From Octopus sinensis (taxonomy: Eukaryota): DNA of 64,000 nucleotides. Positions within the stretch are counted from its first letter, which is position 1, and each line of letters begins with the position of its first letter. The position numbers and the translations under genes are program-made. Shown here one piece after another: positions 1 through 11,451 of this stretch. The notes beneath the pieces are model-generated. The model ran no database searches and was not told where the DNA came from. It saw nothing but the letters and a program-made list of their open reading frames with translations. The stretch spans positions 89,342,001-89,406,000 of the forward strand of contig NC_043002.1 of the NCBI RefSeq assembly GCF_006345805.1, in the 5' to 3' direction.

Positions 1-2177
1 CCGATTTAAAAAAAAAAATTGGCATACGCGTGCGCGCACATACATGCTAACACACACACACACACACTTATAGTGCGTGTGTTTTTGTGTTATATGCATC
101 ACTGATATAATAAAATGGCAACAGAAATGAAATAAAGGAGAAACATAAATATTGATAAATTTACAGTTCTGTTGATGTTAACGCTCTGTTTGTAACGTAA
201 ACATTAACATATAGTGAAGTAATGTTGGTTGCTATGAGGGGAGTTTCGATCAAAGTCCTTCTAAACAGATGACATGAAGACGTTTATCACTAAGAACTAA
301 TAAGTGTTCATAGAACGAAATAACTATCAAATTAAGACCCAGCATAAAGAAAAAAACAAAAACAATCATTGTATTTTGGAGGCAGGGGTGAAAAAAACGG
401 CCGTAATTCAAACAACTATGACAACAATGAAAGCTCTTCATGTTTCCAGCCAGACATCGATCGATATTAATTCTATTTTCTGCTACATTATAGCTTAAAA
501 TCAGTGATTAAAGAATTTTAAACAATACAAATCAAGAAGCTTGTATATCAATGGTTTTCAAACTTATTCTATTACGAAAAACCTTATACGATTTTCCAAA
601 GATCACAAAATCTTTAAATATATTTTATGGTTGTGCTCTACTAATTTAATTTTAATATAACTTTAAACGAAACAAACTCTTTGAGAGAATTTATTTATTG
701 CAAAAAACAAAAACAAAAAAAAAACAATTTAGTATTTTGAAAATGGCTATTGCCATTTGTTATTATAAAATAATTTTTTTATTAAATGCTATTAAAAGAA
801 CTCCCAAAATTATTATCGCGGAATTCCTAGAAAACATTTGCGGAATCCACCTGCGGCACTTTTCTAGACCATTCTCTAAACTACGATGTATAATTAATGG
901 TAAAGAAATTCAATGCAAATGTACTGTTTTTTCTAATTGAAGAACTGGTAAACACCTCCAAGTCTCTATTTGAAAATTCTCAACACAATCCGCATTTATC
1001 GCACCACATTTTTCTCTTGTTCAGCCCTTGATCAAGAATCCTGTTTTCCCTTTTAACTTTTTATTTTTATAAAGCTATGTACAGCTATCTTATTTAATCA
1101 GCCCTTTTCTTATATAAGATGGTAAAGTATGATTTCGGGGGAAAGATTTGGCTGTTATTTCTAGTTGGCTCGTATAAAAATTACCTGGAATGAAGGCTAC
1201 ATAGAGAAATTTATATATAATTACGATCGTTAGAATGAACTAATTGACTTGTCTCGTCATTGTCTAAATCTGTTTAATCGATGATTTCAAACAATGATGT
1301 GAATGCGAAAGAACAGAACTAATATCGATGTCTGTCAGGGTCGAATTGAAATAGCGATGTACGTAAAAAAAATAAACAATTAGTAATGAATGTAAACAAA
1401 CTATTCTGGTAGTAAAAAAAAAAAAACTATTATAAAGGTTGGACTTTTAATTTTCATTTTGTAAAGGAAATTCGTTGTCCATAGTTTTTAATTTGCAAAA
1501 CAGGAACTAAATTAATAACAGAAAATGTTTCAATTTGAAGGAAATTTTTGATTTTGCCACTTCATTCATCTATTCTGAAATTTTTTCTTGTTCTAATTTT
1601 ACAACTAGTATACTTGTATACTAGCTTTAAACGGAGTTATTTAGTCTGTCAATCTGCTACTATTTGATCGTAACAACATTTAAAATAAAATATGTATTAT
1701 TAATGAGGAAATTTCAATTTATTAAGCAATGATTCAGTGAAAACGAATATAATTTACAAAAAAGTAAACCGTAAGAAAATGCAGGGAAAAAAATGAATCA
1801 GTAATTTTTTTAAGCACTCAAATCAGTTCCGATTCAATAGGCCCATGATCAGATGTATTCCAGCTGTGACATTTCTCTCTTTTTTTGCGGTGAATCTAAA
1901 CCCAGCTTTATCTCTCAAGTCCTTCCCTTTCAAGACAGTAGTATGTCCAGTTAAAGCGATTTGGCTGCTATTTCTAGCTGGTCGAGCGACAGGACTTATA
2001 TTTGTGCTGGTAGAATTGTTTGATCAATAAACGATTACCCTACACATACGCACGCACACACACGTGTGTGTGTGCGCGTGTAAACAATGCTGCGTGTGGG
2101 TAACTAAATATTATGTAATTTATCGGCAATACACAGTACATAAAATGCAAAACTTTACAAGCAAACAGCTAACTTAC

Positions 2178-2301
2178 CGCCTCTATGGCTAATATGACGT
2201 GCAGTAAACTTAATTCGTTTCTTTTTGTGTAATAAATTCGGGTATTTAAGAAGCAACAACGAGGTAAAGACATAGCCGCCAACAAGTAATCCGAACACCA
2301 T
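2178..2301 (-). CDS. GDPD1: Lysophospholipase D / glycerophosphodiester phosphodiesterase GDPD1-like, first coding exon (gene continues off the left edge)
   Basis: ATG at 2301 gives MVFGLLVGGYVFTSLLLLKYPNLLHKKKRIKFTARHISHRG(G), ending at a phase-1 donor G|GTAAGT at 2178/2177. The GGY..SLLLLKYP.LLH.K.....HISHRGG pattern matches the GDPD1/GDPD3 N-terminus as I recall it. Exon 2 was not found in 1-2177. Confidence 0.85.
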
Positions 2302-2340
2302 ATCTGAAGGAATCACGATGAATATGAAGGCAACAAACTC

Positions 2341-2348
2341 TGACGTCA
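2341..2348. promoter_or_regulatory. Full palindromic CRE (CREB/ATF) site 40 nt upstream of the GDPD1-like ATG
   Basis: TGACGTCA seen directly in a locally CpG-containing stretch; function is inferred. Confidence 0.4.
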
Positions 2349-3232
2349 CACCCACGGAGCAGGTTTCGGGAAAGTTTTCTGAGATATAAATTATACGACA
2401 ATAGCTGTTAGAACTTTTGACTCGTAATTTTAAAAATAAATATATAAAAATTAAGTAAGGAAAAAATATGTCGATTAATTCAAATAGTTCGAGCTAGTCT
2501 CTGGAAAGGTAAAGTGGATTGATTGGAGCCAGCTTATTGGTGAGGAATTCCTTGTTGCCTCGGAAAACATTCACAATGGATGTCATGTGTTTTGTGATGA
2601 ATTTAACGTGGCTCTCCTACAAAATATATCGCAATCAGAACCAGAAAGTGAACAGGGCTGGACTGAGACTGTACAATACTCGATGGCTTGCTACCTATCC
2701 ACGACAAACAGATGAACTGATGTAACGAATAAAATAGCGTTTTGTCTTGAAACACATTGAATGAAACGCCAATAACGGATTTGAACTCTTGACCTATGCT
2801 TACTTTATCCGCTCCACTGTCTCGTCCAACATGTTATTAATATGTAATTTGTTGGCTCCGGGGAGTTTAATTGCCCTCTAGATTTTGGTTTCAATTCTTA
2901 ATAGTGCTTGCTGTATCGAGCTAATTAATTACGTTGGCTAATTTCCCAAGGATGTCTTCTGCATCAAAAATTTATAGTTAAGTGTGGACTAGCGTAATTT
3001 TTAAATCGCCTAATCCAGTGTCCCTCAACCTATATGACCTTGGGACCCATATAAGATTTTGTTGTTAAAATTTATTTACAATAAATTGCTTATACTTCCA
3101 CAATACACAAAATATTTTAATTTTTTATTTTAAAATAATTCATATTTAATTATAGAAATACAGTAGGGTGTTTTTATTTTATATACATCGAATGGCTATG
3201 AAGGTCCAGTAGAATATAATAGAAATTAAAGG

Positions 3233-3640
3233 GGATCTTTTCGGTTTGAACGGCAGTTTTTTAAAAGTAATTTCCACGTAACTAAACAATTTTAAACTTC
3301 GTATACTGGTAGAATGTGTTTATAGAACATCTTTTTCTCTTGGCTTTATTGAGAAAATTCTATGGTTTGTAAGATATTTGTCGTTGTTTTTCTTCAATTT
3401 CGGCAATTTCAACCAATCAGTGACGTCTGTTGAGGTAAAAAAACATTCTGTATGAATATGTCCCTCGTTTAAGAAACAGATTGGGTTTATTTACATTTGT
3501 GAAGAAAAAAAGATACCCTTACCCCATCCCTAACCCTAACCCTAAAACAGATTGAAATGCAATAGATCGATACTAGGGTCATAATTATGGGTGACAATTT
3601 CATATGACACCGCTAGAAAAAACTGCCATTCAAACCGAAA
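3233..3640. mobile_element. MITE family A, copy 1 (right TIR clipped)
   Basis: TIR GGATCTTTTCGGTTTGAAYGGCAGTTTT; internal (TAACCC)3; opposite orientation to copies 2 and 3. Confidence 0.85.
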
Positions 3641-4312
3641 CTTTCTGTGTGCTTCCAACTGGTTACGTCTACATGCATCACAACACCATTCTTCCATCAC
3701 TATGGACTTTCAGTTGATGAAATGACAAATGAGGTAGCCATAGAGAGACATTTGTAAGTCTTTAGATTATAGTGATAAACACTTGTAAAACATAAGCAAC
3801 ACTGTCTAAATCTGTGTGATTAGTACCTACCATGTGGTTGGTAAGCAAATAGCTTGCTTACCAACCACATGGTTCCGGGTTTCGTGAGTGGATTTGGTAG
3901 ATGGAAACTGAAAGAAGTGAGTGGATTTGGTAGATGGAAACTGAAAGAAGCCCGTCATATATATATATATGTGTGTTTGTGTGTCTGTGGATTGGCAGTG
4001 AGTGGCAGTCGGAGGTAGCTTAACTGCAGGCAAGCTGTAGTGACCTTTGAAGTCAACAGTTTTTGAAGGAAAATGAAGTTAAATTCTTATTGTAAATTAT
4101 ATTTATCCATTTCATACACACACACACACTCACAAAGAGGCATACATGTTACAATCAATAAAATGATTTCATCAATCTAAGAAAATGAAACAAACATATG
4201 CCTACATATGTATGTCCATGCATGGATGTACATGACCAGGTATGCATATGTATGAGTATATATATATACATATATATATATATCTGTATATGTATATATA
4301 TATATACATACA

Positions 4313-4454
4313 TACAAAATTTAGAGGACTGACCACTAAAAGTGGACAGCCTGTATGCTAGATACAGACGTCAAAATCGTCAATTTCCAATTTTGACGTC
4401 TATATCTAGCATACAGGCTGTCCACTTTTAGTGGTCAGTCCTCTAAATTTTGTA
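4313..4454. repeat. Long inverted repeat (65-bp arms, 12-nt loop)
   Basis: 4313-4377 is the reverse complement of 4390-4454 with one mismatch. Confidence 0.95.
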
Positions 4455-4715
4455 GGTAAAAAATTTTTAATCTTCAGATTTTAAAAAAAATATGCTAGGC
4501 CACTGGTTTATAATTGATTAATATCAATTTCTACCCTTATTTAATTTTAAATAGAAAAAAAATGTTCTCTAGCTGGTAAATTAACTACTGTAGTTTATTA
4601 ACTGCAGAGTAATTTCTGATCTCAGTGCACCAAAGTGAAGGCATTTGAAAGATACACATAAATGTAATTTGTAGAACTGTATGCATACTGGATTTCGGTC
4701 GAGCATTCTATATCT

Positions 4716-6202
4716 CATCATCATCATCATCATCGTTTAGCGTCCGCTTTCCATGCTAGCATGGGTTGGACGGTTCAACTGGGGTCTGGGAAGCCAGAAG
4801 GCTGCACCAGGCCCAGTTTGATCTGGCAATGTTTCTACGGCTGGATGCCCTTCCTAACGCCAACCACTCCATGAGTGTAGTGGGTGCTTTTTATGTGCCA
4901 CCGGCACAGGTCCTAGACGAGTCTGGCAAACGGCCACGATCGGATGGTGCTTTTTATGTGCCACCAGCATGGGGCCAGGTGAGGCTGGCAACAGCCATAA
5001 ACGGATGGTGCTTTTTACGTGCCACCGGCATGAGGCCAGTCGGGGCGGCGCTGGCAATGGCCACGAACAGATGGTGCTTTTTATGTGCCACCGGCACGAG
5101 GCCAGTCGGGGTGGCGCTGGTAACGGCCACGTTCGGATGGTTCTCTTACGTACCGATGGTTCTCTTATGTACCACCGGCACTGGTAACTCAGTTGCAATT
5201 TCCTTTGATCGATTTCGATTCTGATTCTGATTCTCACTTGCCTCAACAGGTCTTCACAAGTAGAGTTTTGTGTCCCAAGAAGAGAAGATATGCATAAGTG
5301 GGCTGGCTACATCCCATGTAGAAGGCCACGGGTTATGGTCTCACTTGTCCTGCCGGGTCTTCTCACTCACAGCATACTTCCAGAGGTCTCGGTCTCTAGT
5401 CATTTCCTCAGTGAGACCTAAAGTTCAAAGGTCGTGCTTCACCACCTCGTCCCAGGTCTTCCTGGGTCTGCCTCTTCCACAGGTTCCCTCAACCGCTAGG
5501 GTGTGGCACTTTTTCACACAACTATCTTCATCCATTCTCGCCACATGCCCATACCAGCACAAACGTCTCTCTTGCACATCACATCTGATGCTTCTTAGGT
5601 CCAGCTTTTCTCTCAAGGTACTTACACTCTGTCGAGTATGATTACTGACATTACACATCCATCGGAGCATACTGGCTTCATTTCTTGCGAGCTTACGCAT
5701 ATCCTCAGCAGTCACGGCCCATGTTTCACTGCCATGTAGCATGGCTGTTCGTACACACGCATCATACAGTCTGCCTTTTACTCTGAGCGAGAGGCCTTTT
5801 GTCACCAGCAGAGGTAAGAGCTCGCTGAACTTTGCCCAAGCTATTCTTACTCTAGCAGTTACACTTTCAGCACACCCGCCCCCGCTGCTGACTTGGTCAC
5901 CGAGGTAATGGAAGCTATCAACTATTTCTAGTTTTTCTCCCTGGAAAGTGACAGGAGTTGGTCTCAGAGCATTTTCAGTGTTTATTGTTCCTGAGCATCT
6001 GCCACATACAAAAACCATCTTCCTAGTTAGCCTTCCTTTGACAGTGCTGCACCTCTTATGTGTCCATAGCTTACACTTGGTGCATCTTATAGAGTTTCTA
6101 CCTATGCCTTTTCTACAGATCGAGCAGGGCCATCTACCTGAAGGCGTTTGTGATTTGTCTACCTTCCTACTTATTAGGACTTTGGTTTTAGCTAGATTGA
6201 CT
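4716..6202 (-). mobile_element. 5'-truncated RTE-clade LINE (family 1): ORF2 C-terminus, long 3' UTR and (ATG)n tail
   Basis: Minus strand reads VNLAKTKVLIS...WPCSICRKG...LGDQVSSGGG...MLHGSETW...RLCWYGHVARM...GRGRPRKTW; one in-frame TGA near 5425; (CAT)n at 4716-4733. Confidence 0.92.
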
Positions 6203-6423
6203 GGAAATTGTATTTTGTAAACAAAACTGATGATTTTGTAAACTATGCTGATGATCTTGCAGATGTTTACGGATCCCTATAGGTAAATATTAACAAGTGA
6301 AACTAATTAGTACATAGGTAATCGTTTTTTATTTCATATATTTTCATTTGTCTTGCTTATTTTTACACTTTGGTTTTTTGCTGAATTTTTTCTTCAGAAC
6401 ACATTCTTTATGGAAAATGGTGA

Positions 6424-6572
6424 TTTTGACGTCTATATCTAGCATACGGACTGTCCACTTTTAGTGGTCAGTCCTCTAAATTTTGTATGTAAAAAATTTT
6501 AAATCTTCAAATTTTAAAAAAAATATGCTAGGCCACTGGTTTTAATTGATTAATATCAATTTCTACCCTTAT

Positions 6573-6580
<8 letters not shown>
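6424..6580. repeat. Direct repeat (about 157 nt) of 4390-4549, unclassified element
   Basis: Near-identical by eye; followed by a (TA)n-rich tract at 6580-6800. Confidence 0.9.
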
Positions 6581-6603
<23 letters not shown>

Positions 6604-7233
6604 AACATATATACATATATATAAACATATATATATGTAAACATATATGTATATATACATATAAACATATATACATATATATATAGAGAGAGAGAGAGAA
6701 AGAGAGGGACAAGAATGTCTATAAAATAAGTATATATGTGTGTGTGTGTGTATGTATGTATGTATATATATATATACATATGTGTGTATGTGTGTGTACA
6801 ACCATACATTATGTGGATGATATGTTCAAAGGAGACATTACATCTTATTCAAGTGTTTCAATTGTGTGTATGTATATATATTTACTAGATTGTTGACAAT
6901 TATTAATAGTTTACCCCATTGTAATGATATGCCATTTTCTATCATTAATTAATCTGTCAGCATTCTTGCCAACATGGGTATGCTAGTAATAAAAATAAAG
7001 AATGAAAGGGAAAAAAACAATAAGTTAAACAAAAGTTTCCTGTAAGGAATGGAATCACAAAGACTTTCTCAACTTTCCCATTATTCTTAAGTTTAAGAAA
7101 ACTGCAGCAAACAGGAAAGAATTTTTAATTGTATCATCTGTTCATTAATAGCTAGGGTAGCACCAATAGAATTCTTTGATCACTATTTTGTCACCTCTGG
7201 AAATATGCTGTGTTGCAGAAGACTTGGCAAGTG

Positions 7234-7817
7234 CAAGTGTCACCATAACCTTGTGGCCTATGCTAGGGGTGTAACCAGTCCACTTATGCATGCCTTTTCT
7301 TCATTGGACACTAAACTCTGCTTGCGAAGACCTGTTGAGGCAAGTGAAATCGAAGTCGAAATCAAACTCGGTGACTGGCATCTGTTGCTAGTGGAGCACT
7401 AAGAGTACCATACGAGTGAGATCGTTGCCAGAGCAACAAGCTGGCCTTCATGCTGATGGCACGTTAAATACACCATTCGAGCGTGATCGTTACCGCATCA
7501 CCTTACTAGCACTTAATCTGGTGGCACGTGAAACATTTGAGCGAGGTCGTCGCCACTGCCACTGGACTGGCTCCTGTGCAAGTGGCACATAAAAAGCACC
7601 ATTTGGGCATGGCCATTGCCAGTACCACCAAACTGGCCCTCGTGCCTGTGGTATGTAAAAGCATCCACTACACTCTCAGAGTGGTTGGCATTAGGAAGGG
7701 CATCCAGCTGTAGAAACTGCCAGATCAGATTGGAGTCTGGTTCGCCAGACCTCAGTCAAATCGTCCAACCCATGCTAGCATGGAAAGTGGACGTTAAATG
7801 ATGATGATGATGATGAT
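7234..7817 (+). mobile_element. RTE family 1, 3' UTR-only copy with (ATG)n tail
   Basis: Homologous to 15452-16030 in reverse; ends GGACGTTAAATGATGATGATG. Confidence 0.85.
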
Positions 7818-9340
7818 TTTACTATAGATGAAAATTTCAAAGTATTACACTTCACCTGTCACTCCACATCATCTGTTATTCAAATTAGTTAATTAGCTGG
7901 ATTTAATGAAGCACAGTGACAATCATTGACATGTTTCTCAACAAGATCATTTCTCCAAAATATTGTCAATAACTCCAACATTTTGGTTCAATTGTATATC
8001 AGCCTTCATCAAATGTGCTGAAATTTTGAAGTCACCATCAGCCTTTTCCTTCTTAAGTAAAACAAACACACATGCTTATTTATATAAAACTGTAGTAATA
8101 GTCAAATTGAACATTAAAAGTTAAAAATTAGCAATCAAATATATGTATTAGTTTGATGCTTGGTAAAAGTAGAAAAAAGGGTAGGTTTTTAATGTTTCAA
8201 GCATAGCTCTTCATCAGAAAGAGAGAAAGAATGAGTCCATAGAAGGAAATATATATATATATATAGACACACAAATTGATGAGGTTTTGCTTCATGAAGC
8301 TGAAACCAACATTTGCTATTAAGGTAACCAAACACATGTCTTTAACTATACTTGGACCTTCACTCTATGATTTACATTGAAAATTGATACAACCTTTTTC
8401 ATAAACACAATACAGAATATTTGTCTTTTGCTGGATTTGAACCATTACCCTTTACATTGAATCATAAATAATTATTTCTACTCTGAAAAGAAAACACAAA
8501 AAGAAAAATATTTTATTTGTTATGTGAGTGATACAAAAGCACTATATACAATGGTGTTGGATTTCCTTTTCTTCAACAATGAGGATTCAGTTGTTCAATC
8601 AACTGGATTACCTTCTCTTGAATTAATGTGTAAGTAGCTGAGCATTCCACAGGCATGTATAGCTTTAACATATTCTCTGCCAGAATCAGCATGACACAGC
8701 ATGTGACTAGGCTGTGTTCTGTGATTCTACCTTCAATCACAAGTAGAATCTAACTAACAAATTGGTATACATTTTCTGCCTTCTCAGTTTCACTCACAAA
8801 ATATTAGTTGACCTGAAGCTGTAGAAAAATATTTACCCAAAATGCCATGCAGGGAGATTGAGCCCAGAACTTCATGGTTGCAAAGTGAACATTTGAACAT
8901 TCTGTGCCTACATGTAAAAGTACAGCCAGCCATCACTTGTGAGCTAGTATGGTTTGGTAACATGCTTTTGCTTATATAATCATGAGCTGATATAGACACT
9001 ACCTTAATTATGATAGCTGGATGGAAAGAGAGAGTTACACCAGCCTTCTTCTTGGCTGACACATTTACTTACAGGTGAGTAGAGAGGAGCAAGTTAAAAT
9101 GAAATACTCTACTCGGGAGCACAATGCATTGGGTCAGGAACTAAACTCACAATCATACGATTATGAGCTGAATACCTAAATGCAGGTCATACACCTTCAC
9201 ACACACACACACAACAGTCTTAGTTCAGTTTCCACTTATCAAATTCACTCACCAGGCTTTGGTTGTCCTTGGAGCTGTGCAGTTGAGCTGAATCTAAGAC
9301 CACATAGTTGGGAAGCAAGTTTCTTGATCAAACAGTAATG

Positions 9341-9384
<44 letters not shown>

Positions 9385-10099
9385 TATAAATATATATTGT
9401 TTGAAGCAGGGTACAGTTTTTATATATTAAGAAAAAGGAGGTAGTCAGAATTTTGGATGATTATCTATGAGCACTTTCATCTTGTTTGTTTCTGAAATTC
9501 ATAAGAAATTTTTTTTTACAGACAATTTATGCCATTTATATAAATTTGGAAGAGAATTTTATTTTGTTATCTATATGGGTGCATATATATGTGTGTGTGT
9601 CATGCATGTGTGTATGCACACATACTTATGTGCATGAATATATATGAATACAGCTTAAACCATTCCAGGAGAAAAACAGACCTCTTTCTTTCTCTTTTCT
9701 TCATCCCTCCTTCCTTTCTTTCTTTCTCTCTTCCTTTTCTTTCCCCTCTTTTTTTCTCCCTCTAACCAAGCCTCCAAAACTTCACCACATACACCACACA
9801 TACATGCATACATAGAGAACAAGAGAGAGAGAGAGAGAAAAGAGAGATGCCTTCAAAATAATAAAACAAGATTGACATCCTGAACAGTCATTACCTTCAA
9901 ATAGCTGTGTAGCAACTGACCATGAAAATACAATACAAACCATCTCAGAAAAAAAAACTAACCCCCTTTTTCTCTCTTTCTTCCATTCTTTTTCTCCTTT
10001 TTTCTCTTTTATCTGCCTTTAACAAAGCCTCCAAAAATTCACTACACACATATTTGTGCTCACATACATGCATGCACATAAATACACACACGTATGCAC

Positions 10100-10134
<35 letters not shown>

Positions 10135-10836
10135 CCACACACACACACACACAGATAACAAAAGAAGAATTCTGTTCCAGATTTATATAAAAGACATTAA
10201 TTTTTTGTAAAAAAAAATAATTTCTGATGAGTCTCAGAAATGAATGAGATGAAAACACTAAAAAAAATTATTCAAAATTTTGACTACCTCCTTTTTAACA
10301 CACACACTTACGCACGCTCACATGCACACACACACACATACACATGGTAAGGGTGCATGGCCCAGTGATTAGAGTGTTGCACTCATGATTACCAGATCAT
10401 GGGTTCAGTTGCTCTGCAACACTTTGACATCTGATGAATGATACACTGTGCATCTGTTCAAGTATTGTCAATTTCATGAAAGTGACCTAACGTCCAGCAC
10501 ATACATGTAATCATCATCATCATCATCATTGTTTAATGTCTGCTTTCCATGCTAGTTAATGAGGTTTGGTAAAGGAAGATCTTAAATCAAGCTGTTAATT
10601 ACCAGTTGAAAGGGCAATGATGATAAAACAGGGGATATTTTTATCATGGGGTACTATAGTTGAATGATTTAAACAATATTGTTATATTGTATAAAGATAA
10701 AATTTAGGGTATTCAAAAAAACATTAATAAAATATTAAAACCAAAATGATAAATTTTTGAATAATTTTGAGTATATACCAAAATTTACAACAATAGACAG
10801 AGAAAAAAATTACATAGAATTAGTTTAATATTTATT

Positions 10837-11441
10837 CATCATCATCATCATCATCGTTTAATGTCCGCTTTCATGCTAGCATGGGTAGGACGGTTTGACC
10901 GGGGTCTGGGAAGCCAGGAGGATGCACCAGGCCCAGTCTGATCTGGCAATATTTCTACAGCTGGATGCCCTTCCTAACGCCAACCACTCCGTGAGTGTAG
11001 TGGATGCCTTTTACATGCCACCGGCACAGGTGCCAGGCGAGGTTGGCAATGGCCATGATCAGTTGGTGCTTTTTACATGCAACTGGACGGTTCTTTTACG
11101 TGCCACTGGCACTGGTATCACAACTACAATTTCCATTGATTTTTGATCAATTTCTATTTCACTTGCCTCAACAGGTCTTCGCAAGCAGTTTTGTGTCCCA
11201 AGAAGAAAAGGTATACATAAATGGACTGGCTACATCCCAGGTAAAGGCCACGGGTTATAGTCTCACTTGTCCTGCCGGGTCTTCTCATGCACAGCATATT
11301 TCCAAAGGTCTCGGTCACTAGTCATTGCCTCAGTGAGACCTAAAGTTCGAAGGTCATGCTTCACCACCTTGTCCCAGGTTTTCCTGGGTCTGCCTCTTCC
11401 ACAGGTTCTTTCAACTGCTAGGGTGTGGCATTTTTTCATAC
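10837..11441 (-). mobile_element. RTE family 1, truncated copy (ORF2 end plus 3' UTR)
   Basis: (CAT)n tail at 10837; encodes KKCHTLAVERTCGRGRPRKTWDKVVKHDLRTLGL. Confidence 0.88.
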
Positions 11442-11451
11442 TTAGATATTT

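Noticed and set aside
1-2177. Second exon of the GDPD1-like gene
   Set aside because: No segment I checked encodes the expected AGEN.ENT..AF motif with splice sites; it presumably lies left of the window.
4883-5181. Regularly spaced palindromic repeats of about 25 nt resembling a CRISPR array
   Set aside because: Eukaryotic context with no cas genes; the spacers resemble each other and the whole array recurs in many RTE 3' UTR copies.
4766-5246. Long ORFs with repeated AFYVPPA/WCFLRAT motifs (also at 10895, 19612, 23343, 53567, 55617)
   Set aside because: They are translations of the tandem units in the non-coding RTE 3' UTR; frames and stops differ between copies.
6244-6282. YADD motif (NYADDLADVYGSL) suggesting a reverse transcriptase
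   Set aside because: No flanking RT motifs, a stop follows within 10 codons, and it arises from a short local tandem repeat.
6556-6809. ORFs rich in Y/I/H/T or C/V (also 9922-10258 and 27653-27931)
   Set aside because: Translations of (TA)n/(CA)n microsatellites.
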